A stretch of 64,000 bases of DNA, from the NCBI GenBank assembly GCA_963706575.1, contig CAVPNL010000008.1, forward strand, positions 1 through 64,000, given 5' to 3'. Position 1 is the first letter of the stretch. Every line of letters starts with the position of its first letter. Below, in pieces: positions 21,626-36,600 of this stretch. This DNA comes from an uncultured delta proteobacterium (GTDB taxonomy: Bacteria > Desulfobacterota > Desulfobacteria > Desulfobacterales > JAHEIW01). Both the position numbers and the translations under genes were made by a program. A model generated the notes under the pieces. That model searched no databases, was not told the origin of the DNA, and saw only the letters and a list, made by a program, of their open reading frames with translations.

Positions 21626-24600
21626 ATGCGGATTATTGGAAATAACCAACTGATAATGAGACACATACTGAAACCTTTTCTGACCAATTTAGCCGGAAAA
21701 GGTTTTCTGCATATTTTTGTTCTGGCACTCGCGCTTTTTGTTGCCCTGCCAGCCGTATCTTTCGCAGACACATACGTTTTTGATACAGCCACCTCGACCA
21801 CCACCTGGGATGTTCCCGCCGATGTAACTGAAATTACGGTCAAAGTCTGGGGTGGTGCCGGTGGTGGTGGCGCCGGTGGAAGTTTAGGTGCGGGCGGTGT
21901 AGGTGCCGGCGGTGGCTTTGCTCAAGCCACGCTATCGGTGACACCGGGTGAAACCCTCAATATTTTTGTCGGTGGCGGTGGTGGTCCAGGCTCAAATGGC
22001 GCAACCGGCGGTGGCAGCGGCGGTGGTGGCGGCTATTCGGCCATCGAGAGGGACTCGGATTCGACTTATTTAATTGTAGCCGGCGGTGGTGGTGGCGGCG
22101 GTGGCGGCGACAACTCGTCTTCGGTGCCCGGCGGTTATGGCGGCTACGGCGGCGGCACAACCGGAGGCACTGGTGGCAGCTCAATCAATAATGTTGCGGC
22201 TCCTGACTCAACTGGCGGAACGGGCGGCACACAGGCCGCGGCAGGCACTGCCGGCGATAGCGGCAATAACCCGGGATCGCCCGGCAGCGGAATGAACGGT
22301 GGCGCTGGTGGAGACGGTAGTGCCACTGATAGCACCGACGGCAGCGAGGCCAATGGTGGCACCAATGGCGGTGGACACGGTGGTGTCGGGATCGCCGGTT
22401 ACGGCGGTGCCGGTGGCGGCGGTGGCGGCTATTTCGGTGGCGGTGGTGGTGGAGCAGCCACTGCCAGTGATGCCGGCGGCGGTGGTGGCGGTGGCGGCTC
22501 CTGCTACATTACCGGTTCGGGTACTACAATTGCACAGGCCAGCGGAACGCCCGCGGCCAACGAGGGAGACTCTGATTACAACGGCACAGCGGAGGGTGGG
22601 CGGCAGCGCAGGGGCTGTTAGCGCTGCCGGTTCTGCCGGCAGCGACGGTCTCATCGTCATCCACGCTGTTCGGCCGGGCCACATTACTGACCCTGAACCA
22701 CACCGACGGCGAAAAGGCGGTTAGGCAGGCCCAATCAGCGCAAGGTCGTGCGGGACGCAGACGGCTACTGGTACGTCGCCTATATGGACTGGGTCACCGG
22801 CGGCACAAACGATGACTATGAGGTCTTCCTGGTCAAGTCGAGTGATACCGAAGGCAACTCCTGGGAGACACCTGTGAAGCTGGCGGGCGAGTCCGGAATA
22901 CTCCTTGACAGCTCCTTGGGCTTTTACTGGCCGGCTATCGAAATAGACCGGACTTACGGCGCACTGCATATCATCTTCACCGTCGAAGGGACTTCAGGCT
23001 CCACTTCGCTTTATCATTCCAAGTGCAACAACCTGACGAACTGGAACCAGGCCACATCCTGGTCGCAGATCGACGGCGGCACCTCACCGCGGTATACCGC
23101 GATTGCAACGGATCTCCATTTCTTCAGCACCAACGCTTACCGCTCGAATTCAATCGCTGTGGACAGCAAAGGAGATGCCCACGTCGTCTATCTCCGGACG
23201 ACAACCGGCTACCCCTGGTACAGCTACGGCTCCACCAGCACAGGCTGGGACGCCGACGCTTCGCAGCCGGTGCAGCTGGATACCTTCTCGGTAACCAAGG
23301 CCTACCCGGCCATTGACGTCGACTCCAGTGACACTGTCCACATCGCCTATTCCCGAATGAATGGCGGCAATTATCAGTCCATACATCATTTCTACGCCAG
23401 CAGCCCATACACCAGCTTTAGCGGGCCTTATGCTCGAATAGGCTTGCTCTCTTCGAACAACCTGATCAACCCGTCCATTGCCGCTGACGACGAGGGCAAC
23501 ATCCACATCGTCTGCGAGCACCAGGAAAACAGCGAAATCTGGACAGCATATTACGACGGCGGCACCTGGACTGAAACGGAGGGTATGGACACGCTGGGCT
23601 GGAACACGCCCATGGTGGGGGTCAAGCTTGGCGGTGGCGCCGGCGTGACCGACGACATCATCATATCCCCCGACAACGGCACCGATCCGGACGATGTATA
23701 CTACTGGAAGTGGGACGGGTCCGCGTGGTGGCAGCCCGAATCAGACACCACCAAAGACAGCGATTCGTTCGTCTCGCTGGAGAAAAAAGCGCCCGCCGGC
23801 AAGACAGATATGGGCTACCTTACCTTCGACTCCGCCACGGGCGATTTGCTGTTCCACCGAATTACGGGGCTGGCCGCGGGCTCCACGCCGGCGACTCAGC
23901 CCGGTTTGGATCCCCTGATCGCCTACACCGAAAGTTCAGCAACCTGGGACGATTGGATCCGGTACATCACTTACGCTTCAGGCGACTGGCAGGCAGAGGC
24001 CGACATAGTGGACATCAACGATTCAACTTATATGAAATGGCACGTTGCCAAGACCAGCCCCGACGGCAGCGAACAGGCGGTGGTCTCGGTGATGAGCGCT
24101 CCCAAATATCTGTATGTGTCGCTCTATGACGGGACCAACTGGGATGACGGCAGCGGCAGTCCCTATAACGATGCCAAAAACCTGGGATACGTCCAGAATC
24201 CCGTACAGCGAAACTTTGCCGCCGCCTACGAGCAATCCAGCGGTCAACTGCTGATTGTTACCGGTACAGACACACTTAACCAGATCAAATACTGGGTTTG
24301 GGACGGCAGTTCCTGGATCGTGGACGGAGCGACAATTAGTTTGTCCACCATCAGTAACAAAATCGTCTGGATCGAGATGGCCTCCCAGCCCGGCACCAAC
24401 CAGATTGCCCTGACGGCCGTGGATATCAATAAAGACGTCATCGGCCTCATCTGGGACGGAGATACCAATTCCTGGGGCAACGAAAAAAAGCTAAACTCAT
24501 CGGTGCTCTATTCCTATACGGAAGAGCAGATTGCCGTCGCGTATATGCAGTCCGGCACCAATGCAGGCAAGGCCGTCTTCGTCCACTCCATCTCCGATGA

Positions 24601-27600
24601 TGTCTACAGCTGGACCTGGACCGGGTCGGCCTGGGAAGGATCCAGCAAATCCTGGCTGCACGGTAGCGGATCCCCTTACACCATTATTTGGATGAAGCTT
24701 GCAGCAGATCCGAACAGCGACGATCTTCTTCTGGCATTCTGCGATTATAACGAGGACATTTATACATTGCCTTGGGACGGAAGCGCCTGGACAAGTCATG
24801 ATACGGTGGAAACCGAAGCTCTGGGCGACGCTTATGCCCACCCGCCATTCAATGTTATCTTCGAAAGCAATTCCAATCACAGTGGGCATGCGCTGATTGT
24901 CTATGCCGATACCACCGGCCTCAGATACCAGCACTCGAGTGACGGTGGCGCCACCTGGGATGGTGAAAGCATAATAAATGACGATGACGAAGGTTACTGG
25001 ATTCAGCTGGCGCGCGAAAATAATGATGTGCTCCATATGGCCGTACACGATATTGACAACGACCTGGAAACCTTCACCTGGAACAACTCAACCTGGACCA
25101 AAAAGACCACCCGGGAAACGGATCTCAATTATGACGGGTCACATACCTATGAAGCATTTGCCATAACGGCTGCCGGGCCATTAACGGCGGAGATTACCCT
25201 GGGCGATCACGCTTCCGGTCAAATTGCCGATCAATTCATCGGAATTTCTCCCGTCTCCGACGTGCTTTTCAGGTTCAGCCTGACAGGGGATGACAGCACC
25301 CAGGTGGATGCGCTGAATGTAAATTACACCACCGCCATCGGCGTATGGGACGCCGATGTGACCGCGGCAGAGTTGTATGCCGATGATGGCACAACTCCCG
25401 GCGTCATCGACGGCAGCGATACTTTGATCGAAAGCGGCGTCAGCGGCTCGGGCGCACAGCTGAGTTTTACCACCAGTTTTACACCGGCCTCCGGCGGTAC
25501 CGGTTACCTGGTCAAGGCAACCGTGTCCAACCTGGTGGAGAACGACAGCACCACATTTTCCATCGGAACGGGCGACATCGCGCCAGGTTCCGGTAGCGCC
25601 GGCGGCAGCTCTCCGGCCAGCGCCACCCACACGGCAGATGCGCCACCGATCATTCTAAACGATCACACTTCCGGTCAGGTTTCCGACCAGTTCGGAGATA
25701 CAACCCCAGTTTCGGGCATTCTCTTCAGATTCAGTCTGACAGGGGACGACATCATCCAGGTGACGGCATTGGATGTGAACTACACCACGGATGACGGGGT
25801 TGTGGATGGGGATGTAACAGCGGGAATGCTGTACGCTGACGACGGCACAACCCCCGGCGTCATCGATGGCAGCGACACCTTGATCGAAAGCGGTGCAAGC
25901 GGCTCGGGCGGGCAGCTAAGCTTTAGCACTAGTTTTACACCGGCCTCCGGCGGCACCGATTACCTGGTCAAGGCGACGGTATCCAACCTGGCGGCGGATG
26001 AAAGTACGACATTTTCCATGGGTGCCGCCGACCTGACAGTTTCGGCCGGGACGGCAGCGGGAACCGCCACTGACGCCATCCACATAGTGGGAATTACGAC
26101 TGAATTCACCATCCAAATCGGAGGCAGCGCCGACGATTCCTATGCGGCTGATAATTTGGACAATGCCTCCACATATATTGCCTCTGCCATTGTGGATATC
26201 ACGGCGCATATGAACGGCCTGAGTTCGAAATATAACGGCGGTTTCAGATTTACCGGTCTCAACATTCCGCAGGGCGCCACCATCAACAGTGCCACATTCT
26301 CAGGCTACGTCTATGACGTTGGGAGCGATAACTTATATTGCACGATTTATGGGCATGATGTGGGGAATGCGCCGGATTTTTCAACCAACCAGTATATCAA
26401 AACCACCGGCCAGCGCCCGCGCACCACTGCCAGTGTAACCTGGCAGTCAGACTTCGGCTCCACCGGCTGGAAGGACAAAGATGTCACCGGGATTGTGCAG
26501 GAGATCATCGGACGGGGCGACTGGAGCAGCGGCAACGCCATCGCATTGCTGTTCATATCCGATGACAGGGTGGATCCCCAACCCAATAGATTCCGTTCCT
26601 ATGACGGGGTGCCTGCTGAGGCTGCCAAACTTAACCATCGATTTCACCCTCCCCAAAATGCTTTACCGCTCTGTGGGCACCACGGCCACCGCCCTGGAAA
26701 GCGGCACAAGCAATGCGCTCACCATTACCGGTTCCACGGCGACTTTCGGCAGCGGAATTTCAAACAGCGTCGGAGTGGGAGATGCCATTGAATACGACTC
26801 GGATGGCGACAGCAGTATCGATGCGCTGGCATTTATTCACGGCCGAAGCGACTCTCAGACCTATACGGTTAAAGATAAAGAAGGCAACACCCCAACCGCA
26901 GTGACCGGAGACAATGATTGGGCCATCTACCGCGCCTATACATCGCTGAATAAGTGGCAATTGCAGGATGAAAACGACACTATTGATGACGCAGTTGAAA
27001 ACTTCGATATTTCGAGGGACCTGGTTGGTAACGGCACCATCATGTACGTCGCGTGCTATGCGGATGCAGATGATACCAATAAAGTTCCGATACAGGGATG
27101 GAATACGGGATCATCAAATTATATTAAGATATATACACCGTATTTAACATCTGAAGTCGGAGCAACACAAAGACATTTAGGAACGTGGGCGTCGGGTGGA
27201 TATAAGATAGTTGATTCTGCAACATATAGCCAGGGTGTGATTTATATCAATAACGATTATGTTAGAATAGAAGGATTGAGAGTTGAGAATACGGCAGACA
27301 AAAGTAATCAAACAAAAGGAATCGTTAATAGAAATAGCGGAGGTGGAGAAACTCACATAAGTCATAATATTGTGCGATCTACAGGATCGGGTTCTGGAAA
27401 TTACTCGGCTGCTGGAATTTACAATACTAACGATAGCACCGGGACCTTGAAGGTGTGGAACAACATCGTGTACGATTTTGGAGGTGGTATCGTTATCGAA
27501 TGGCTCGCTGGCACTAACAACTTTGCTATTTATAATAATACGATCATTAATAGTGATGCAGTTGGGATTGAATTCGATGACCATTCTTCTGGATATTTTA

Positions 27601-30600
27601 GAATTGCCAATAATTTGGTTCAGGACTCGTCTGGATACAACTATTATTTTGCCGGAGGTGCCGGCAGTATAGACTATTCCGCAACGAATCTATCCCAGGA
27701 TGATACGTCTCCTGACGGAGCATCATTTCAGAATAAGACAGTCACCTTCGCGGGGGCAGCGGATTTTCATCTTGATTCCAGCGACACCAACGCCAAGGAT
27801 CAAGGGACCGATTTGTCCTCTGATCCCAATCTTTCTTTTTCCGATGACATCGATGGTGACGACCGGGAGGCGGCCGACTGGGACATCGGGGCTGATGAGT
27901 ATGTAGCTGCCTCGAACTCAGCGCCTACGGCTCCGACCACACCTTACAGTAACGACACGACCGCTCAGAGTGGTCAAACCAACCCGACCGGTATCACCGA
28001 TACCACACCGGCGTTTAGCGCGATTTACAATGATCCGGATAGCGGAGATGTCGCCAACAAGTACCGCGTGGAAGTCAACACCGCCAGTGATTTTGGCGGT
28101 ACGGTCATGTGGGATTCAGGCGCCGGCGGCACAAGCATGACTGACACCACCGCGGGCAACCGCTGCCCGGACATTATCTATGCAGGCTCGGCTCTATCGA
28201 ATAGCACCACCTACTACTGGCGCATTACCTTCTGGGACGATGACGACACCGAAGGGACGGTGAGCGCCACCCAGAATTTTACCACCGGCACAATCACTTC
28301 CTGTTCCAGTGTTGTGTTAAATGCCTTATATGAAGGTACAACCCAGATTGCAGCGAGCGATTATATCGCAACGGTTGATATCACCGATGTGGATATGTCC
28401 AAATCCTTTCTGGTGTTCAGCGCCGCTGTCGATGACAATAGACCCCAGTGCACTCAGATTCGGGGTAATCTATACGACGCCGGTTCCGGTGACATCAAAA
28501 TGGATTTCGAACGCTATGAATCTACCTGCCCGGTAGCCGATATCCGCTATTACGTGGCGGAATTTTCCAGCGGGGTCAGCGTGCAGCGCGGCACCAAGAC
28601 CACGTTGAGTGCAGACACCATAAATGTCCCCCTGAGCCCCACGGTGGATACCGGCAAAAGCTTTCCGTTGATCAGCGGCTTTGTGAGCAGCACCATACAC
28701 AACGGCAATGACTTTATCGAAGCGGAAATTACCGCCAACAATAATCTACAGTTGAGGAAAAATACCGGTGACGGAACAGCTAAGGTGGATTGGCAGGTCA
28801 TCGAGTATGGGTGCAGTGCGGTTCAAAAAAATACCATCTCAGGCTGGACAACCGGTTCGAAAACTGACGTCCTCAGCCCCACGGTGGACCTGTCCAAATC
28901 ATGGCTGATTTACAGCTATAAGACCGATAGTGGCGGTGATGCCACCATGGCGGAAAACATGGTACGCGGGCGCATCACCGCCGTCAACGAGCTAACCTTT
29001 GACCGAGATGATACCGGTTCTACCATCGATCTGACCTGGTATCTGGTTGAGTTTACCGATGACACCACGATTAAATACGGCACAGAAGATTTTGCAGCCG
29101 GTGACAGTCAGGAAAATGTCACCCTGTCACCATCGGTTAGCCTGGCGAGCACCCTGGCGCTTGGCGGTATGTATATGCGGGGCGGAAAGAGCGCTCATGA
29201 CAGCGATGACAACCCCGGCTACGGTTGGTTTACCTTTGATTTGACGGCCGACGACAATCTGCAGATTACCCGTAACGCAAGCGCCGGTGCGGCGGCTGAT
29301 GTGGGCTGGTTTGTAATCGATTTTAATCCCCCCACAACCCTCTACCGCTCGGTGGGCACCGCAGCTGCCGACCTTAATACCGGCTCGCGGACGGTTGAGA
29401 TCTCCGGTTCCACAGCGACTTTTTCCGGTTCCATGCCGGACAATATAGGAGTGGGTGATGTGCTGGTGTACGACAATGGCAGTGCCCAGCTGGCATTTAT
29501 CCACGGCCGCAGTTCAGCCACTGTTTTTACCGTAAAAGACAAAGACGGCGGCGCCCCGGCGGCAGCGCCAGCGGGAACAGCGGTCGGTGTTTATCGCGCC
29601 TACACCTCGTTGAGCAACTGGCAATCGCAGACCGAAAATACAAATATTACCGAACCCGCCGAAGATGATGTCAACCCTTCAACGGATCTGGTTACGGCAA
29701 ATACCATAATGATGGTGGCCTGTTATACCGGCGCATCCATCGATAATGATTATGTTATTATAGACAATTGGACGACGGGTCCCGCAAACTACATTAAAAT
29801 CTTTACCCCGGTTTCTTCATCCGAGGTCGGCACCAGCCAGCGGCACGATGGAACCGCGGGAACTGGATACAGTCTGATTACCTCGGGGTTAGAGGTCGGT
29901 ATCTCTATTCGAGTAGAATATGTAAGAGTCGAAGGATTGGAAATCTCATCCTATTACCCTCCAATTGACTTACGAGAGATGTCCGGCCCCAGCGAAATCA
30001 GAGCTTCCCATTGTTTGCTCCATGGGCTTGATAGCGGTTACGACGAATGGGCCAATGCGATCTACGTGAATGACACTGATGTAGTTCTCTATGCATGGAA
30101 TAACATAGGTTATAATCTTGGATATGGTATTTCCACAGATGCGTCCAATGAAATCTATGCCTACAACAACACGTTCATAGACCTCTTGCATTATGCAGTC
30201 GCCATAGGCAGTGGCACCTGCTATGCAAAAAACAACATTGCTGCCAATAGCGTCGAAGGGAATTATTTTGCTTGGAACAGCGGCTCATTTCATAGCAGCT
30301 CTGACTACAACTGGTCTGATGACACAACCGATACCGGCGGCACCAACGACATCAACTCGAGCGATCCGGGTTGGAATGATGTGACGTTTGCCAACGAATC
30401 CACCGATAATTTCCATCTTGCTTCCACTGATAGCGGCGCCAAAAACCTCGGCACCGACCTTTCCGGTGATGCCAGTCTGGCTTTTGCAGACGATATCGAC
30501 GGCGGCACCCGCTCAGGTATCTGGGACATCGGGGCCGATGAGTATGGTGCCAGTCCAGTAACCACACTTTATCGTTCGGTGGGCATCACTGCCACTAATC

Positions 30601-33600
30601 TTAATACCAGCCCACATACGGTAGAAATCTCCGGTTCCACTGCGACTTTTTCCGGCGACATGCCGACCCTTGTCGGGGTGGGTGATGTGCTGGCCTACAA
30701 CAATGGCAGCAACCGGATCGCATTTATCTATGGTCGCACCTCCGCTACAGTCTTTACGGTCAAAGACAAAGACGGCGGTACCCCGGCAGCCGCCTCAGCG
30801 GGAACAGCGGTCGGTGTTTATCGCGCCTATACCTCGCTGGGCAACTGGGAATCGCAAACTGAAAATGCCAACATCACTGAGCCCGCCGAAGATGACGTCA
30901 ACCCCTCAACAGATCTGTCTGCTGCGAATACCATCCTAATGGTGGCCTGTTATGCCGATGGAGCCGAAACGACAGGCAGTGAGGTTAACATTTCCGGCTG
31001 GACCACCGGAGCCGGCAATTACATCCGGATCTTTACCCCGACTGGAACAGATGAAGTCGGAGCCAGCCAGCGCCATAGCGGCAGCGCCGGCACAGGTTTT
31101 GTCATGAAGCCCAACACCTCGTCTCCCGGTGAATATTTCTCTGTTATCGAAATCCAGGAGGACTATGTTCGCATCGAGGGCATCGAAATCGACGGCACGA
31201 CGATCACCAACGGGCAATCTGTCAGCGGCATTCAGACGAACAATATCTCAGCTGCCAGCGACATCCGGATCGATAAGTGCCTCATTCACGATATTACCTC
31301 GACAACGGGCGCCAATTATCCTTTTGCGGTAGGAATAAAGGTCGATGATGGGTCCACCCGCATAACCAATAATATTATTTACGATATGCGCAATACCAGC
31401 GCAGATGCCGATGCTTTTGCCAAGGGCATGCGGCTCGACGGCGGTGCCGCTGAGAGCCAGAATGTTTACAATAACACCATCTACAATGTCAACAGCTCCG
31501 GCAGCGCCGGAACCATCGCCGGTATTCATGCCATTTCCGGTACAATAACGGCGACCAACAATTATGTCGGCGGTACCAGCGGCGGTGCCTCGGCCGTTGA
31601 TTTTACCGGCACCCTGACACAGAGTAACAACATTTCCTCTGACGCCACTGCCAGCGGCACGGGCTCTTTGACCAACCGCAGCGCCACCGACAATCCCAAT
31701 CCGGGTGCCGGCGACTGGGTGGTATTTGCCAATCTGACCGCCGGCAGTGAAAATTTTCACCTGCAGGATGCGGCCGAAAACGATGCGCTCAATACTGGCG
31801 CTAATCTTTCCGGCACCTTTAGCGATGACATCGACGGGGATGTCCGCCCGAGCGGCGCCAATACCTGGGACATCGGGGCCGATGAAAGCGATGGGAGCTG
31901 CAATGATTCATTTGGCTACGCCAAGTCGATTACCATCGACCGCACCAAGATCACCAACCCTGCAGGCACGCTGCCGATTGCCTTCGATGCGGTCTCGAGC
32001 TCCCAGACCGCAGATGCGGGGGCCGGAAGTCTTTCCTGGTCGCACACGGTGGGCGCCGGCAGCGAGCGTCTGCTGGTGGTGGGGGTGTCGATCCGCAACA
32101 ACACCGGCCAGACGGTCTCAAGTGTGACTTACAACAGTATCGGCCTGACATATTTAAACTCTCAGAGCAACGGCACCAATGCCCGGGTGGAGATGTGGTA
32201 TCTAAAGGAGTCCAATTTTCCGGGAACCCCGGGCGCCTACACTGTGGAAGTAACGTTGTCGGCCAGCGCCCGGTGTCGTGGCAGCGGCCACCTCCTTTTT
32301 CAACGTGGATCAGACCACCCCCTTTGGCACCTTTGCCTCCAATACCGGGACCAGCAATCCTTTTCCAAATCCAGGCGTGACGGTCACCAATGCATCCGGG
32401 AGGTAGTTGTGGCGGTTTTTGCCAAAACCCATTCTTACGGTGCGACCAAAGGCGTTTCGAACCATCAGGTCGAGCGCTGGAACCAGGCTACCGCTGACGC
32501 CACCGCGGCCAACAACATCATGGGTGCAGGGGCACTGGCGACCGGATCCGGGCCGAGCGTTGGCGTCTCCTGGCAGTTGGACGATTCTACCACCCAGTAC
32601 TGGGCAATCGGTGGTGTGGCAATCAAGCCCACCTCGAATGCACCGCCGCAGATCACCACCTTAACTGATTTTCCGCTGCTTTACAGCGTGACCGATACGG
32701 ATTTGAGAGACAATGTCACCAGCGCCAACGGCTGGGACATTATCTTTCGCGCTTTAGATGACACAACCTGCGGCGGCGCCGGTTTGGCTCCGTGCACCCT
32801 GGATCATGAAATCGAAAAATACGATTCAGGCACCGGACAAGCTGGTGGCCTGGGTCAGACTGCCTTCGGTCAACGGGGCGGCAGCCGGTTCAGATACGGT
32901 CATCTATATCTATTATGGCAACAGCTGCATCACCGCTTCGCCGGAAAACAAAAACGGCGTGTGGGACTCTGATTTTATGGAAGTGTGGCACCTGGGCGAA
33001 AGTTCGGGTGCACCGGGTGACTCAACGTCAAACAATTACACGGGCACGATCGAAACGCCGGGCAACGTCACCCAGGATGCCACGGGCAAAAACACGCCCG
33101 CCTATCATTTTGCCGGCGGCTCAGGCACACCCTCATGGCTGACGCTTGACCGACGGAACCATGACCGCCAATGCCCCTTACGCTATCGAGGGCTGGTTTT
33201 ACATCGACACCACCGTGCCCACCTGGTGGGTGGGGTTTGTGACCAAGGACCGCGACACCGCCAATCCGGAGGCCACCGCCAACTGGGGAGGGCTTTGGAC
33301 CGACAGCACTGAAGCTGATTTCTTTTGGCAGCATCTACAACAAGGGCAACAATCTTGACGGCTCAACGCTTGTCGGCCGGCCAGTGGTATCATGGCGTGG
33401 CGGTCTTTGACGGCGGGCTTGCGAACCCTTTATTTGAACGGGCAACGGGATCCGGCTGCGCTGGTATCTTCTCCGACGGTCTATCTTGCCGACATGACCA
33501 TGCCTCTGCGGGTCAACCAGGACGATAGCGACGACGACAGCATGACCGGCGTGTATGATGAGGTGCGCGTCTCCACCACAGCGCGCTCACCGGGCTGGAT

Positions 33601-36600
33601 TTTAAGTACCTACAACAACATGAACGACCCGGGCGACATTGGCAGCCCCGGATTTTATATCTGTGGGTTCAGAGGAGGCCGATCCGCCCACGGCAATATC
33701 GTTGATCTCCTTTACCGCCAAAGGCGCAGGCGCAGCGGTGCAGGTCAACTGGCAAACGGCCCAGGAAGTGTCCAACGTGGGCTTTAACCTGTACCGGGCA
33801 GACAGCGCCGCCGGCCGTTTGTACAAGATCAACGCCAGCCTGATCCCGGCGCTGAGCTTTTCAGCTACGGGCCGAAGCTACGGCTTTGTCGACAGCAACG
33901 TGGTGTTAGGCAACCTTTATTATTACAAGCTTGAAGACATCGATGTGTACGGCAAGCGCACCTTGCACGGGCCCATCTGCGTGGACTGGGACGGCGACGG
34001 TCTGCCCGATGACTGGGAGATCAGATACGGGCTTAACCCGTGGGCAAACGATGCCAATCTCGATTCTGACGGTGATGGGCTGACCAACCTGCAAGAATAT
34101 GAGCTGGGCACAGACCCGTTTAACCCCGATACCGACGGCGATGGGATCTTAGATGGTGATGAAAGCCGCAAAGTGAGAACGCCAAGACAGCGATGGCACC
34201 CGCCAGCTTAGCCGCGGGGTGGAGGTTGTGGCCGAAGATGAATATGGCATTACCCTTGAGCTTTACACCGACACCTTTTTTACCGAAAGCGTTTATGCGG
34301 ACGGCATGGAATATGAGCGGCTTACGATCGACGATTACGTGCACGGTTACACCAGCGAGGTGGGCAAACCCGAGCTGCCGTTAAAAGGCATCCTGGTTAA
34401 TATCCCCGAAGGCCAGATCGGTGCGCTTTCCATTTTACGACCACAGTTGAGACCTATAGCGGTTATCAGATCTTTCCGGTACCGGCAAACAGCGTCGATG
34501 ATCAGGAGGGCGGCCGCGGCTGTGGCAGAAAGCTTTGTCATCGATGAAGCCGCCTATCAGCAAGATGCCTTTTACCCGCAAGCAGTCGCGCAATTAGGGG
34601 ATCTGTTTGCCTTCCGCGATCAAAACAAACAGCAGCTGCTGTTTTACCCGTTTGCCTTTAACCCGGTCACCGGCGAGCTTAACCATTACAAACGCATTCA
34701 GGTACGAATTGACTATGTCGATGATCTGTATGCCAGAGTTGAAGATCACAGCTGTTAGCCCCTGGACGGTGCCGCTGCCCGCACCATCTTCAGGCGACTT
34801 ATCCGAGCAGCTGGCATCGATGGGCACTATGGCCATGGCCTTTGGGGCATCGCCTTTGATCGTAAACCCGCTGTCGCCGGCGCTCACATCTTTGGGTGTG
34901 ATCATGGGCGCGGTGTGGTCACCGCCGGCTGATGGAGCTGCCAGCGCCTATAAGATTATGGTCGCTGAAGATGGCCTCTATCGGCTTGACAGTGCCTTTT
35001 TTACCAACAACGGCATTGATCCCGCCGACATCGATTTAGATACCGTGCGCATCTATCATATGGGTGAAGAAGTCGCTGTTTTGGTCAACGATGCCGACAG
35101 CCCCGGTGCCTTTGATGCCAATGATTATATCGAGTTTTACGGGCAACCGGTAGCGGATCAATATAACAAATACGCGGCCCAAAACATCTACTGGCTGGTG
35201 ACCGGTGGCGGCATTGGATCCCCCAAACGCATGGTTGCAGTCGACGGTACCCCGGCTGCCGGGCCTGTGGCTACCGAGCACAGCGCTTCTGTGCGCTTAG
35301 AAGACGATGAATACTATGTGGGGCTTGGCCCCGGGCACAAACGAGCGCGACCGCTGGTTTTTTGATGACTTTGTGCTGGGCACCGACTTTACCGGCGGGC
35401 CGACTCCGGTGCAGGTGCCCTTTGACCTCACCTTGCCGGGCGTTATCGGCTCCGGGTAATCTTACCATCTCATTGTGGGGCTATTATGACACCGGCCATG
35501 AGGTGGAAGTGTGGGTAAATGATGTGTCTCAGGGCACCTTTTAGCTGGAGCGGCGTTGCCTTTTATGAGGTGAACTTAAGCGGGCTTAATTTAACCGAAA
35601 ACACCACCGTCAAACTTGCCTGTAACACCGCCATGGACGGGTTGATCGTCGACTATATTGAGGCTACTTATCCGCAAAGCTTTGCCGCGGTCACTGACAC
35701 ACTCAACATTTAGCCACGACAGCGGCTACCGCTATATCATCGATGATTTTAGCACCGATGCGCTGCGTGTTTTTGACATCACCGACCCGGTTGATGTGGC
35801 TCAAGTGACCAACCTGCAAATTAGCGGCGCAGGTACTTTTAGCCTTGAGTTTGAACCCCCGCCCAGCGGGCTGACTGACCGCTTTGTTGTCATCGGCTCC
35901 AATGATTATAAGATCCCCGACGCCATTATCGAAGATGTACCCTCTGATCTGGCAGACACCGCCAACAGCGCCGATTACATCTTGATTACCCATCCGGATA
36001 TCGGCTGGGACGGCGGCGGTGCACAACAGGGCTGGTTAACCGATCTGGTTGCCCTGCGTGAAGATGGTGATCTTGAAGTCAAGGTGGTCGAATGTCACCG
36101 ACATCTATGATGAGTTTAGCTACGGCATCACCCACCCCGGTGGCGATCCGTGACTTTTCTGTCCTATGCCTATGAGCAACTGGCGCACGCCGGCACCCCA
36201 GTATGTGCTGTTGGTGGGTGACAGCACCTATGATTTTAAGGACAACTACAACCGGGGCACCGTAAACCATGTGCCCGCATATACGGTGTTTACCGATTAT
36301 ATGGGTGAGACCGTCACAGACGAATACTTTGTCACCATCAGCGGCGATGATGCGCTGGTCGATATGTACATCGGGCGGCTTCCGGCCCAAAGCGCAGCTG
36401 AAGCCGCAGCGATGGCTAAATAAGATCATTGCCTATGAAACCGGGCTAAACAACGGCAGCTGGGAGAAAAACATGGTGCTGGTCGCCGATGATCAGACCG
36501 AGGCCTATGAGGCGGTCTTTGAGACCATCAACGAGGATGCCGCCGCGCTGCTGCCGGCTAAGATGGTGGCCTTAAAGGGCTATTTAAACGATTATCTGCT

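Noticed and set aside
21770..22660. PE-PGRS, collagen or RTX repeats
   Set aside because: No PE domain, Gly-X-Y periodicity or GGxGxD nonapeptide array; it fits the Gly_rich domain type instead.
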